Shown here one piece after another: positions 38,670 to 52,573 of a DNA stretch of 64,000 nucleotides. The DNA is from Octopus vulgaris. Taxonomy: Eukaryota. Numbering within the stretch: position 1 is the stretch's first letter; the number at the start of each line of letters is the position of its first letter. A model generated the notes under the pieces. That model was not told the origin of the DNA, did not search any database, and was given only the letters and a program-made list of their open reading frames with translations. The position numbers and the translations under genes were made by a program. The stretch lies in NCBI GenBank assembly GCA_951406725.2, contig OX597818.1, positions 106,702,001 through 106,766,000 of the forward strand. The letters are read 5' to 3'.

Positions 38670-40760
38670 TTCAAACTGAAACAACACCAAGATAAATCTT
38701 GTCTATTTTTTCCTCTAAAAAGCAAAATGTCAGTGCAAAGGAAAACTATCAAACACATCGACCGAATCCTTTCTTGGCATTGAAGGGGCTGTGAAGGAAT
38801 AAAAATATGTGGATCCATAGTAGCAGCCTTGAAAAACATGTGAAACTGATAATGTTGATTATCATGAGAATGGAAGAGAGAAAAGAGGAACATACAAAAA
38901 GGACTTTAGTTGGCATTACTTGTAATCTCTCAGGTTTGACCTTAACCCCCAACCCCACCCCACCCACCTGAAGAAATCAGAATGTTCTCTGAAGGTTTAT
39001 TACATAACTTGAATTTCACCTAAAAGTTTACTTCAGTAACATTCTGACCGAATTGGAAAAGCTGTGAAGAGGGTTTAATTTTATGAATGTTAGGAATTTC
39101 CAGAGTGGCCCCCTTTTGTTCACTAAAACATATTATTGGCACATCAAAGGAATCCTGGGTGGCTTTGAGAACTTCAGATAGAATTGTTTACATTGATAAT
39201 GCTTTACATCTTATCTTGTAGATTTCTGAGTGGAAGCACGTATATATCAGCTTCCATATATTCCCAAAGTCAAAAGTTACAGCACTGCTAAGCCTGGACT
39301 CGAGGATCGCTATTCAAATCCATATCCTTTGTTGATAATCTTCATCTGTAGCAGACTTGATATTCTCATCTGGTATTCTTCCAGTTTTGCTAAAACTATT
39401 GACTCACTTCTTTGCTGGAAGATTAAACCAGTTCTTTCATCATATTATTTCCCTATTACAAAAACTGCATTTCAACACCTCTTGCTCTTTAATGCTTCAT
39501 TCGATCAATTTTTTCCTCCTCATTCTTCAGTCCTTCAGTTCTTATTATTCTTGATTACACTTCAGTTCTTACATCCTACATCTTTCCTTCCTAAACTATT
39601 CCTCCATCCACTCCCGATTCCTTATTCTACTATTGCTACCCTACCTCCATTCCATTCTCCCTGTATCTTATTCTCCATCTAAATCCATTATTCTTTACCT
39701 ACATCCATCCCTCTATTCCTTACTCTAGCATCTCTTATTAACTCTCTCCTCTTCCTCCCCTGCTTCTCTGGATATCACATTATTTGTCCTGTCACTTACT
39801 GGTCTTTCATCATAACTGGAGACAGTCGATTAGTTCACCTCTTCTCCACTTTACACCTCACCCTCACCACGGACTTTTGTTCCTGGAAACGAGGAAGATC
39901 TTCTTCCTACAGTTATCATTGTTACTTAAAGCAAATAATGTTTATTCTTAATTTAGCAGAATCAACAAAGAAGATTAAGTAGACATAGCTTCTGCGAGGA
40001 AACTTTTCTGTTTATTTACCGTATTGAGAATGACAAGCTGAGTTGATAGAGTACCGAGCTACCAAACAGCAGGTCACGAGTTCACATCCGGTTATTGCAC
40101 TGTACTGTGTGTGGCAAAGGCATTATTTAATTGTCAACAACTTTTCACTGCGTACGGAGAAAAGTACAGAGAAAAGTACAGAGGAAAGTACAGAGGAAAG
40201 CACTGTAAGAACATGGTAAAACAACAAATTTATTCTCAACCTAAAATATTGGATTCAATTTCTTCTTCAGAAATACTTTGAATTGAAAAGTGTGTGCGTG
40301 TGTGTGTGTTGGTGGGTGGGGGAAGTGGTTTCAGTGAGATTGCATTGTCTTTGTCACATAATGAGAGCTGAACTCAATGCTAGCAGTGGAGCAGAGGTGA
40401 CTCCATGGCACAGAGTTTAGTTAAATTTTTACTGAATCCGATCATTTGTTGGATCCTGAAAAAAAACTGTTTAGAATAAGGGTCTCCAAAGATGCCGAGT
40501 GTAGCATTTGTTGGTGGGAAAGGAGGAGCTAAGCTGAGTGACACAGGGACATATAAATTGGGACTGAAATTGAAGAATGAAGAAATCTGTTCCATGTAAA
40601 GAACAAAAAATTAAAAACAAAAACATGAAAATAGTTCAAATGGCAAACAGTGAAAGAGTTGAGGAGACTAGGAAGAAAGAAAGCTACCAGGCTCCTCCAT
40701 TGTAAGTAACAAGATATGAATGTGCTGATAGAAAAACTGGTCATATGAGCAACAGGACAT

Positions 40761-41125
40761 TCATCATCATCATCATCATCATTTAACGTCTGCTTTCCAT
40801 GCTGGCATGGGTTGGACGGTTTGACTGAGGACTAGCAAGCCATAAGGCTACACCAGGCTCCAATCTGATCTGGCAAAGTTTCTACAGTTGGATGCCCTTT
40901 CTAATGCCAACCACTCTGAGAGTGTAGTGGGTGCTTTTTACATGCATGACAGTCAGGTGGTACTGGCATGTGCCATGCTTGAATGGTGCTTTTTTACGTG
41001 CCACTGGCACAGGAGCCAATCAGGTGGCACTGGCAATGACCATGCTCGAATGGTGCTTTTTACATGCCACCAGTATGGGTCCAGTCAGCTGGCACTGGCA
41101 TTGAACACACTTGAATGGTGCTCTT
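40761..41125 (-). mobile_element. RTE LINE 3' UTR
   Basis: (CAT)n followed by the reverse complement of the shared 3' UTR. Confidence 0.88.
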
Positions 41126-41399
41126 TATAGGCACACACATACACACATGCACACAAACAAACAAAAAGGAATGCACTGTGAGTAACGGACAGAGTCAACG
41201 ACTTTTGAAAAGGTTGCAAAATGCAATGGAAATTTTAGAAAAACAAAAAAGAAATAAGTGGAAATTTTACTGGTGAGTGTGTTACATTTTATAAGGCACT
41301 AAAAGAGAATGACTCTCCCCAGACACAACAGTACATATATATATATATATATTTTCTCTCTACTCATCCTCTTTTTCTCTTCTCTTTCCTCTGATTCTT

Positions 41400-42065
41400 T
41401 GGTCTAGTCTTCCACTACCCTCCTATTTCTTTGTCTCGCTCTGCACTCACAGGTCATTCTTCGACACCCATCCCTTCTCCTCTCTGATTCCTTCTTTCTC
41501 TCTCTTCTCTCTCTTTGTTGCGTTTGTCCCTCCTCTCTCTCTCTCTTCCTTTGCTTCTCTTTCTTTTCTTTTCCCTCTTCTCTGTCACGTGACTGTTGGC
41601 CGAAATCTGCCTTTCAGCCTCTGACCCTCGTTCTGTTAACATCGCTGTTTTCGTCCGCCACTATAAAGGCTTTTTCCATTGCGCCAGAGAAAAAATTTGT
41701 TTGCTTGTTATCAGTCGTAAGACACTGTTGTTTTCACCGTTAATGCTTCTGTATTTCATGTTTCTGTATTCCATTATTGTTTTTTGTTTTTTTATATCTG
41801 TCCCTTTTGCTGTCCTGGTGTTCGTATGCATTCGATCCTTCTTCCAGGAAATCTACGCTTCCAGCTTAGTTTTTCTAATGCTCGTTGCTTGGTTTTTCTT
41901 GGAGGGCTGGCCGTGATCTAGTAATCTCAAGATTAATCAGCCGAAATTACTACGATGATCCGGTTCTTGACTGAAGACTGAGGGTTTCGAATGTCCTGTC
42001 CGTGTTTATTGTGTCGTCTTCTAAGAGTTATACGTTCTTGTCCATGTTGTATTTTTCTACATACC

Positions 42066-42100
<35 letters not shown>

Positions 42101-42270
42101 TGTGAAAATTTACAAAAAAGCAAAAAGAAAACAAAAGATGAAGACGGGTGTGTAAACAAAAAACAGATGTATTAGTCTAATGCTCGGGATGTGAGAAAGT
42201 CTTTTACATTTCGAGCCTACACTCTTCAACAGAAAGGAGCACAGAAAGAAACAGGGAAAGAAAAAAAAAA
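41400..42270. mobile_element. PLE-type non-coding terminal sequences on both sides of a (TA)n, convergent
   Basis: Pyrimidine-rich plus-strand block with CACGTG (41586) ends at (TA)n ~42070. The block 42097-42270 reads on the minus strand and carries a hammerhead-like motif. Confidence 0.5.
42201..42236 (-). ncRNA. Variant minimal hammerhead (CUGUUGAA core)
   Basis: Minus strand: cttt-CTGTTGAA-gagt-gtag-gctc-GAAA-tg-TA-aaag. Stem I cttt/aaag and stem II gagt/gctc frame an 8-nt non-canonical core. Confidence 0.55.
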
Positions 42271-42280
42271 TATATATATA

Positions 42281-42970
42281 TACGATGTCTGTGTGTGAAC
42301 TGCATGTTTCACAGCATGGCAGTGAAACATGGGCTATAACAACTGAGGACATGCATAGCCTTGAGAGAAATGTAGCCTGTATGCTTTGCTGGATGTGCAA
42401 TGTCAGTAAGCATGTTTGACAAAGTGCAAGCATATTGAGAGAACAGTTAAGCTTAAGAGGAATCAGATGTGGTGTGCAAGAGAGACGACTGCACTGGTAT
42501 GGTCATGTGATGCATATGGAGGAGAACAGCTGTGTAAAGAAGTGCTGGTCTCTAACTGTGGAGAGAACCTGTGGTAGACGTAGACCCAAGAAGACATGGG
42601 ATGAGGTGGTGAAGTATGACCTTTGAACTTTGAGCCTCACAGAAGCAATGAGTAATGACCAAGACCTTTGGCAATGCGCTCTGCTTGAGAGGATCCATTA
42701 AGCCAAGCGCACCCATATTGGTGGCACATAAAGTAAAATCAACCTTTGAATGTTGGGCCTGACAGAGGCAAAGTGGCTGAGTTCCTTTTGAATGATGGGC
42801 CTCATGGAGGCAATGACCAAGGCCTTTGGCATTATGTCGTGCTTGAGAAGAAGACCCATCAAGCCAAGCAAAATAGCAGTTGTGGAAGATACTGGTGTTG
42901 CATAAATTGGCACGTAAATGCACCACAGTGTCATGCAAATGGCACCTGTGCTAGTGGCACATAAAAGCAC
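42281..42970 (+). mobile_element. RTE LINE RT C-terminus and rearranged 3' UTR
   Basis: HGSETWA..LERNVA; LREQLSLRGIRCGVQERRLHWYGHVMHM..GRRRPKKTWDEVVKYDL. Confidence 0.9.
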
Positions 42971-42971
42971 A

Positions 42972-43104
<133 letters not shown>

Positions 43105-43302
43105 CATAATATGTAAACAAACATAAGTTAGATTTTGAAGCACTGAAATGTATTGTAGCACAAGTAGAAAGATACATTTTTTTCAATGCATACATAACAG
43201 ACCAGCTGGTTGCTGACAGATTTTTCTGCTCTGTAAGGATTTTATCCGATATATGCAGTTTTATCAGTACTTACACATTGAAAAAGTATAGCTTTCTACT
43301 TA

Positions 43303-43347
<45 letters not shown>

Positions 43348-44061
43348 TATGTATGTATGCATACATACATATATACACATATCAAGAGTGTGTGAGGGAG
43401 AGAAAGTTATATATATATATATATATATGGAGAGAGAGAGAGAGCGGTGGGGTCTCATATATGTCATGATGTAACTTCTGTTAATGGAGATTTTCTTTGC
43501 CATAGAAAGACAATAAGATCCATCTTGGTGTGTGTGTGAGATGTAAAATTAGCAAGCAAGATGGCTAATATTATCTATCTATCTGTCTATATGTATGTAG
43601 ATATGTGTATATACAGTATATGTGTATTATATGTATATTCATGTATATATGTATATATATATGTCATGTTTGGATTAACTATACATACATACATGCATAC
43701 ATACATACATACATACATACATACATACGTACGTATGTATGTATGTATGTATGTATGTATGTATGTATGCATATGGAGCAGCTTTTCTGAGAGACATGGC
43801 TGTGAAATCTGTCAGAAACAGGAGGGCATAGAAATTTGCTGCTGCCTTAATGGTGGATCGAGAGAACCAAAGAAGCAGATGGACTCTACAGACAGCAATC
43901 AATCAAGAGACTTTTTTTTCAAATTTCCTCAAAAGGTCTTTGTGCCGACAAAAATAGGAATGTTGCCAATTAAATCTGCAAACAGATATCTCACTCTGAT
44001 GACAATGTCGGCTCTATTGAGGGGGATGTGAAGAACATTTCAATAATATTTTATCATCAGA

Positions 44062-45968
44062 CATAGGCTTGGCTGTGTGGTAAGAAGCTTTCTTCCAGTT
44101 TGCCATGATTCATTTGGTTTGTTGGATTAGTTTGAGATAGATGTGTGCTTTTTTGGCTATGCGACGTCTTTCATCTTGTGTGATGGTGAGACGTCTTTGT
44201 GAGAGGTTGAAGTGTTCTTCCTAGGAATTCAATTCATCTGCGGAGGAGCTGGTGGAATGCTTGAAAAACATGGATAGGGAGATGAAGAGTGGGAACTGTG
44301 CAGTGGTGGGTAAGAGAAGAATTGAAGAAGTTAATCTGGAGGAACTGAACAAGATCAAGAAAATGTTTAAAAGAGAGGGGAACGATGTGAAGTTGTTCCC
44401 CACCAAAGAAGTATTAAAGGACAAGGCTGAACAGTCAATTGTCCACAGAACCTACGCAGTGGCAACAAGCTAAGTTGAAGGGGTGTTGGAGGCACAGGTG
44501 GAAAAGGCACTAAGGCCAGTCTGGCAGGAAATATCATACCTTGCCAGGGGACGAAAATATGGAACGGTGGAGGTGCAATTTAGGAAGATAGCAACTACCA
44601 GACTGCACTCAGCCACACCACTGAAGACAGACAAAGTGGTGCTTCTACCCGAATACCTTGGGAGACGTACTTCCAGGGTTGGGGTCGAAGACATGTATCA
44701 CCAGAAGTGAATGTGGCCTGGCTGGTGGTTGCCATACTGCTGGGCATGGAGGAGAAGGTGGTGGTCCTGCAGGCCACCAGAACACCCCATAGAAAATGGA
44801 AGGGACAAACCCTTGAAATAGTGATACAGGTCGCAGAGGAGGACTTGGAAAAGATGGTAGAAAACATCTCAGTGGGAGAAACTACTTTGAAAGTTAGAGT
44901 GGAGGGAAGAATTCCAGAGTGTTATAAATGTGGCTTGAAAGGCCACATTAGAGTGCCCTCCACCACTGGAGAAGGCTGAGGCAAGTGAAAGAGTCGTGGG
45001 TGCTCCACAGCCTGTGGAGGAAAACGATAGGACACTACAGAGAAAGACAAGCACCAGCATTAAGGAAGTAGAGACAAATGACAGCTGGGAGATAGCAGAG
45101 AAGAAGAAAAGAAAAAGGAGAAAGAGGACACATGTGGTAAAGAATGACCCCAACCCACACTCATCTGGCACCCCACGCATGCCTACTCTACCCCAACCTC
45201 TCCCTACAGACATCAACCCTCTCCATACCCCAGCTGACATAAAGAAAAAGCATAAGCACACAGGAGCCCCAAATCCGCCCACCCTCACCCTGGGATAGAA
45301 AATATGATATTCTGTATAACAGAAAAATGAAGAACTGTATAACGAGATAGACGCATGGGATGCAGCGATAAAGGTGGATACAACAGGTGTAAGGGGGCTG
45401 CCAGAGCACATTCGCTGTATGGTGGTGGACCTGGTATACCTGGTGAGATTGAAGAGGTATGAGGCAGGCTTTGGGTGGTGGGGAAAGAAAATAAACACTA
45501 GTGCCATGCCAGAGCAGGTAAGTTATTTTGAAATTTTAGGAAAGTATAAAATAGACATTTTACGTAAAAGAGAAAATTAGCCATTGTAAATGGGAATTCG
45601 AATGGTGTTGCAAACTGTATGAAATTAGCTGTTGCGAATGGTAATGTAAATGGTGTTGCTATGGGTTCAATGAAGTCACTCAGAGGTGGGGGGGTCGCGG
45701 GACGAACGGCTTCATTTCATCTTCCATTGTATAGATTCATTCTTTTCATTCGTTTTGATTTTTTTTTGTCCTCCACCTTTTGCTGTCCCCTCTATGTAAG
45801 GCCTTCATGACCAATTTCATAAAATAAAGAAGCTTGCTTCCAAAATACATGGTTCCAGGTTCAGTTTGACTGTGTGGCACGTTGTGGGCAAATATCTTCT
45901 ATTATAGCCTCTGGATGGCCAAAGTCTTTGGAGTGGATTTGGTAGGCAGAAACTGAAAGAAGACTGTT
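44062..45968 (+). mobile_element. SINE family A split by an inserted element (head 44062-44097, remainder 45827-45968)
   Basis: Joining the halves restores ggctgtgtggtaagaagcttgcttcc..atggttccaggttcagt, as at 33240. Confidence 0.85.
44098..45826 (+). mobile_element. ORF1-only Tx1/L1-like non-autonomous retroelement with a 16-bp TSD
   Basis: TSD aagaagctt[t/g]cttcca at 44082-44097 and 45827-45842. Frameshifted ORF1 (44252-~45580) with CYKCGLKGHIR/ECP zinc knuckle. No EN or RT seen; 3' end with AATAAA. Confidence 0.75.
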
Positions 45969-46070
<102 letters not shown>

Positions 46071-46992
46071 GTATGTGACCCAACATATTTTTGTGGAAGA
46101 TTGCAAGTAAATGATATCATTTGTTCATAATAAGCATGTTATGTCGAGACAAGTGGATAACATACACATACAGACAAACACACACATACACACATACGCA
46201 CACACACACGCACACATACGCACACACACACGCACACACACAAATAAACAAACAATCATATTCACATACTTAGATCTCCTACACTTTTTGTCAATTGATT
46301 TTCTGACAAGGAAATGATTGGTCTCAAGCTATAGAAGACATTACTTGCTTAAGGTGCTGTGCAGTGGGACTGAACCTAAAACTGCATATTTGTGAAATAA
46401 ACTTCTTACCCACACAACCTTGTGTGTGTGTGTGACTGGGATCCTTATCCCCATCATTTTATGTCTACTTTTTCTGTGTGGCATGTGTTGTCAGAGACTT
46501 TTTTTGAAGTCTGTATTCTACTGCTTGGTCCCCTTTCTAATGCCAAATCATACTCGTTTTCAGGTAAGGCCTTCTGTCAAGAAGGTTATTCAATTGTTTT
46601 CAAGTTGTTTTTTTTAATTCACATCCTTACTGCCCAGCAAAATGCCAATTTGCTGGACTTTTGTTTATGTGGAACATAAAACATTTGACCACTGGATAAA
46701 CGGTGTCAGTGTGGAGACACACAACATCAAGCATGCACTCAATCACACACACGTGCATATACACACACCCACGGATATATGTGTGTGCGTGTATAGAGTA
46801 GTGGTTCTCAACCTTTTTCCTATTTGGTCAGATCCAAAACCTGGATTTTTTTAAGGGTCCACACTAAAAGCAAGTCAATTAAAGAAGAATTTACTTTATT
46901 TATAGAGGGAATGCTATGGAAGATCCCAGGTGGGAATCTTGAGGGCTGCAGTCCAGAAATACTGGTATAGACACTTTATATAGTTAAACAAA

Positions 46993-47284
46993 ATGAGCGA
47001 GGCCGTTGCCAGTGCCACTGGACTGGCTCCTGTGCAGGTGGCATGTAAAAAACACTATTTGAGCGTGGCCGTTGCTAGTACTGCCAGACTGGCCCTCATG
47101 CCGGTGGCATGTAAAAGCACCCACTACACTCTTGGAGTGGTTGGCATTAGGAAGGGCATCCAGCTGTAGAAACTCTGCCAGATCAGACTGGAGCCTGGTG
47201 CAGCCATCTGGCTCGCCAGTCCTCAGTCAAGTCGTCCAACCCATGCTAGCATGGAAAGCGGACGTTAAATGATGATGATGATGA

Positions 47285-47287
<3 letters not shown>
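46993..47287 (+). mobile_element. RTE LINE 3' UTR with (ATG)n tail
   Basis: Shared 3' UTR. Confidence 0.88.
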
Positions 47288-47324
<37 letters not shown>

Positions 47325-49732
47325 CATATGCATATCTATTCTATATATACATATATATCTATATATGCATGTATGTGTATTTATGTGCATGTGTGCACAC
47401 ACACACACATACAGACACGCACACATTCATCATATTATCACACATATTTCAACTATAGTTTGTGTGTTGCATAATTCACATCATATTTAAACAATAAATT
47501 AAAGCCGTATCCCTCTGGTGGTCATGGTGGAAAGTGAATGCAAGTTGGTAGTAAATCTTTTGCTTCTCTGCTCCCCCTCTTTCTTTCTTTCTGTCTTTCT
47601 CACACACACAATCTCTCTCCCTCTCTCCTTCTCCACATTATTTCTCTAACTGCACTGCCTGGCCCCCCCCCTTTTTTTCCTCTGTTACTCTCCATTCATT
47701 TAATAAATATCGCCCCCCCTCCCGCCATCTTCCACCATTCACAGCAACTAATGCTTTCAACACTAACAACATCATCAGATAAACACGATGAAAGCCATAC
47801 ACCATGTTTGGGCAGATAACAATCATTGCCATGTCATCAACACTGTCTCCTGTCCCTTCAAGAACAACATGTCTAGGGTCCATCTCCTCTGATGGATTGA
47901 ACAACTCACTAGTTATTTAACATACACCCTCCTTCTCTCTCTCTCTCTCTCACCCACATATTCTTATCTCTGTCTCTCTCTCCTACATTCTCCTTCCTCT
48001 CTTCTCCTTCCCCCCCCCGTTCATTCCTCTCTATCCCTCCCTCCCCCATACACTCACCCTCTCTCTCTCTCTCTCCCTGTACACTCCCCTCACTCTTTTT
48101 CTCTCCCTCTCTCTCTTTCTCTTCCCCCTTCTCTTTGAGGCTCTACCCCTCCAGGTGGCACCACACTTTCTCACAAATTATATTCAATAAAGGACCACCA
48201 GTGTAACCTTTGGAAGTCTCCTTTCAATGGAACCCCACTGTTTTAAAAAGAAAGCATTGGGTAATGTAGTTCAGCATAAACAAATTGATGGAAGGGTCAT
48301 GTCTAGAATGTGTTTGGTCACATGTCTATTTAGTCAGGACTAACCTTGGGCTAAACAACAGCCACAACACATGATACGCATTCTTATTAAATTAGTGTGT
48401 GTGTGTGTGTGTGTGTGTGGTTCTTACAACAACTTCATCTTTCTGCAGACATCACACTCTCCTTTGCTTTCTTATTCCCTGTATCTCTCTGCATCCATTT
48501 TATCACACTTTGCCCTGTCCCATGTCCCTCTTTATTGTCACATACTCTGTCGCTCAACATTACTGTCTTAATAGCAGAGTCTAGGTGTCTCTCTTAATTA
48601 ACACCCAGTCGGTTGATCTAGTTGTTACTATTTTGGTGTCACTGTTGCTGTCACACTATCTATATGTTACACACTCTCAGCCCTTAATTCTATGTCACTT
48701 ATAATAAAGTCACTTCTAAAGAACATAACATAATAAACCAAGAAATTCTAATTAATTAGAAGTAATGACCGAAAGGATGGATTCGTGTGTTTTTTTTATT
48801 CATTGCTCAGTCGAGAGAAAAGACTGGGCTCTTTCACTCTTTAGGGTCACCAACATTGGTGGGAGAGGGAAAGGATAGCTTTAGAACACAAACTTGGCTC
48901 AAAAACTGGTAACAGAATGAGCTTTGCTAAGGGTAACCAACGACAAAGTGAACCATGGCAAAATTTGAACTCAAAAACACAAGGTGTGAGACTAAATATC
49001 ATGAGACCACCTATGAAGTGCTCTGAGAATTCTGGCAGGTAAGATTGAACATGTAGAAATTTTAATTCAGAATTCAAGGAACCAGAACAAATACCTTTAA
49101 GGCATTAAGTATGTTCTTCAAATGATTTTGTAAATTTATTGCTTTCATGAGGTATCTAACTTGTTTGAATTTGTGGTCAAACCACTTTCTAACTTTTTGA
49201 CATCCATCTTAAAAATGATCAAATCTACATGATAAAGAAAACAAATTGATGATGTGCAAGTGAAATGATGTAAGTTCAATCCTCATATAAGGCGGTACAT
49301 TGATGTTGTTGTTTAGTTCCAGTTTAACACTGATCAAATAAATGTATTCCAGCCATTTTAGAGTTATGTGAAGGATAACAGTTGGTATTAATTCTGGTAT
49401 TAAGAACGATGGGCCTTGAATTTTTAAAATCCCAGATCAGTTTGAGCTGAGGCCATCACCCACACAAGAACTGCAGGATCATGGTACAAGTAATGGTGAC
49501 AAGGTTTGAAGTAATGTTGGCAGCAAAGGAAGCAACAGTGAGAAGAAGCTTTTCTCATGATTGTTGCAGTGAATACCATGGTAAGTAATGCTGTTGGAAT
49601 GGTGACAGTATTCATCAATGAATGGGGATGTTGTTATTCTTCAAACCAGAGGTCAGACCTAATCAAGTAAATTTAGGATCAAAAATGGTCCTAACCTCTC
49701 ACCGGTCTTTTTATTAAATTCCCCAATCCAAC

Positions 49733-50136
49733 TCTCTTTTACTCTCTTTTACTTGTTTCAGTCATTTGACTGTGGCCATGCTGGAGCACCACCTTTAGTC
49801 GAGCAAATCGAACCCAGGACTTATTCTTTGTAAGCCTAGTGCTTATTCTATCGGTCTCTTTTGCCGAACCGCTAAGTTACGGGGAACATAAAAACACCAG
49901 CATCGGTTGTCAAGCAATGTTGGGGGGGACAAACAAACACACACACACACATACATTTATATATACATATATACGACGGGCTTCTTTCAGTTTCCGTCTA
50001 CCAAATCCACTCACAAGGCTTTGGTCGGCCCGAGTCTATAGTAGAAGGCACTTTGCCCACAGTGCCACGCAGTGGGTCTGAACCCAGAACCATGAGGCTG
50101 GTAAGCAAGCTACTTACCACACAGCCACTCCTACAC
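49733..50136 (-). mobile_element. tRNA-derived SINE family A (full length)
   Basis: Highly similar to 5514-5928. Confidence 0.92.
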
Positions 50137-51614
50137 CTATAGTTCAAGATTAATGCTTTTAAAACAGAAGAATACAATTTGAGGAAATTTGGCAGCTATT
50201 TTTAGCAGTTCATATAAGTTCTTGATTAAGCTGTGGGTGTGGTTTGTTGGGGTTAACTGATGAGTTGGCAGAATTGTTAGAACAATGCAAAGAGTGTTTT
50301 GCAGTATTTCTTTCAATTCTTTATGGTCTGTGTTCAAATTCCACTGAGGTCAGCTGTGCTGTTAATTCGCTTTTTTTTTTTTGAGGTGAGGGGTGGTCAA
50401 TAAAATACCAGTCAAGTACTGGGGTCAATGGTATCAATTAATACCATTGATAAATTAAGTACCAGTTACGCACTGGGGTCGATGTAATCGACTTAATCCA
50501 TTTGTCTGTCCTTGCTTGTCCCCTCTGTGATTAGCCCCTTGTGGGTAGGAAAGACATAGGTATGAATTAATCCCACTCCTCAACACTTGCAGGCCTTGTC
50601 CCTTAGCTTAGTTCTGATTGAGGATATTCTATTGTTTACCATAATTTTCTTTCCGGCATGGTGTATCTAAGACTAAGTTATCAAATGTATTCTTTCCCTT
50701 TGAAAATGTTGAGCATAATTCGTTTGAAGGAGATTTTGCTGCTATTTTTAGCAGGAAGTCAAATGACCCCTGTAGAAACTGCTGTAGATTATGGTGTGAT
50801 CTAATAAGGCCTTGATAGTGTGTGTGTGGGGGGGGACACAAGGTAGTTGTGACTGGCATACCTTTGTGTCCCCAAATGGTGACAGTATGAGGGATGGGAG
50901 AGGGGAAGAGGGAGGGAAGAAGTGGTGTTGGTGGTGTAAGCTGTAATGTTGGTCATGGCAGTCAGAAGGTGATGGTTGTGGTGGTGGTGGTGGTGTGTGG
51001 TGATTATGGGGAGAGATGGTAGTGGAGTGTAATGATAAATGGTATAGCAGTCAGAACTCCTGGTTGGCTGCTGGTGGTATTTGGTGCGGGTGGGGTGGGG
51101 GGGTAGTTTGAATGATGCCTATTAATAAATTATACCAGTAAAATATGATGTTTTCCCCCCCACCCACCAACAGCTAATCAACTGAATATTAATGCAGCCA
51201 TACTGGATCACAATTAAATGAACGACACCCCATCCCTGCTCCCCCTCAGTTAATTACCCCTCCTTTTCCTTCACTTCTTTCATTCCCTTAACCCTTGTTC
51301 TCTCCCTCTCTCTTCCCATTCCTCTCATCTCCACCATCCTCATCCCCAACACACATCCAGCATCACCTCCCCCTGACCCCTTCTCTCTTGTCCCAACCCT
51401 ATAATGCTCCATCAAACACTTCATCTTAAATTTCCTTTATTTTAATCTCCTCCTCCCCCTTCACCCCTATTTACTTTTGTTTTTTGCCCTTTCTGCCCCT
51501 CTTCCCTCCTCTGCACAGCATTTACTTGTTCTTATTCTCTAAAATCAACCACTTCTCACCAATACTCTCTCTCTTCATCTATCAACCTACCTACCTACTT
51601 GTCTGTCTGTCCTG

Positions 51615-51719
<105 letters not shown>

Positions 51720-51731
51720 AATCTATCTGCC

Positions 51732-51763
<32 letters not shown>

Positions 51764-52186
51764 AATCTATCTATCTATCTGTTTGTCTGTCTGTCTGTCT
51801 GTCTTTGTCTATGTGTCTATGTGTCTGTCTGTCTGTCTGTCTGTCAGTTTCTTTGTCTAATTGGAAGCTGTGGCTTCCCTTCACCTTTGCCCAAGGCTTT
51901 CTGGAAATCATTTGCAAACTCTGAGCAATGCAGACACACATCCATGTGTGTGTATGCACACACACATGTACAAGCACGCACATGCGTGTGCGCACACGCA
52001 CACACGCACAAGCACACACACACATGCACAAGCACACACACATGCACAAGCACACACACACACACACATGCATGTGTGCGTATTTGTATTCATTTGTTTG
52101 TTTTCCAAATTCGCATGGGTTAGACAAACATATTACTGAGGCCTTGTTATACAGTTGGATGCCCTTCCTGCCCCTGATACTTGTTT

Positions 52187-52573
52187 CGCTCGACCTTTAT
52201 TCTCTAGAAAAACAATGACGCCGTGGTGATCTCATTCTTGCTCACATCATAAGTGGAAAGTGTAACCTCTCGAAAGAGCTGTTCTTCACTCCTGCTCCAG
52301 AGCGTCGGCTGCGGGGTCACTCTGAAAAGCTCTATCTGCGACGATTTCATTTCAATCGAAGGAGAGGGGCTTTCTCCGTCCGGGTTGCAGATCCGTGGAA
52401 TAAGCTGCCGGACGAGATAGTGAAGATGCCGATGACCGCTCAGTTCAAAGTCTCCTTTGACCACAAATGGCCTGAACTCTTTACATGAACACCACCCTGT
52501 ACATAACTCCATGTCCCCCTACATGGCCTTGCTTTTTGCTTTTTGAGCCAAAAAATTAGCTAACTGACTAACT
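52187..52573 (+). mobile_element. CR1-clade LINE 3' end
   Basis: LDLYSLEKQ*RRGDLI..LRGHSEKL..RRGAFSVRVADPWNKLPDEIV..FKVSFD; (TAAC)-like tail. Confidence 0.9.

Noticed and set aside
38968-39000. CTGAAGA motif (also at 41971)
   Set aside because: Followed by GAAG or GAAT rather than GAAA, with no consistent stems.
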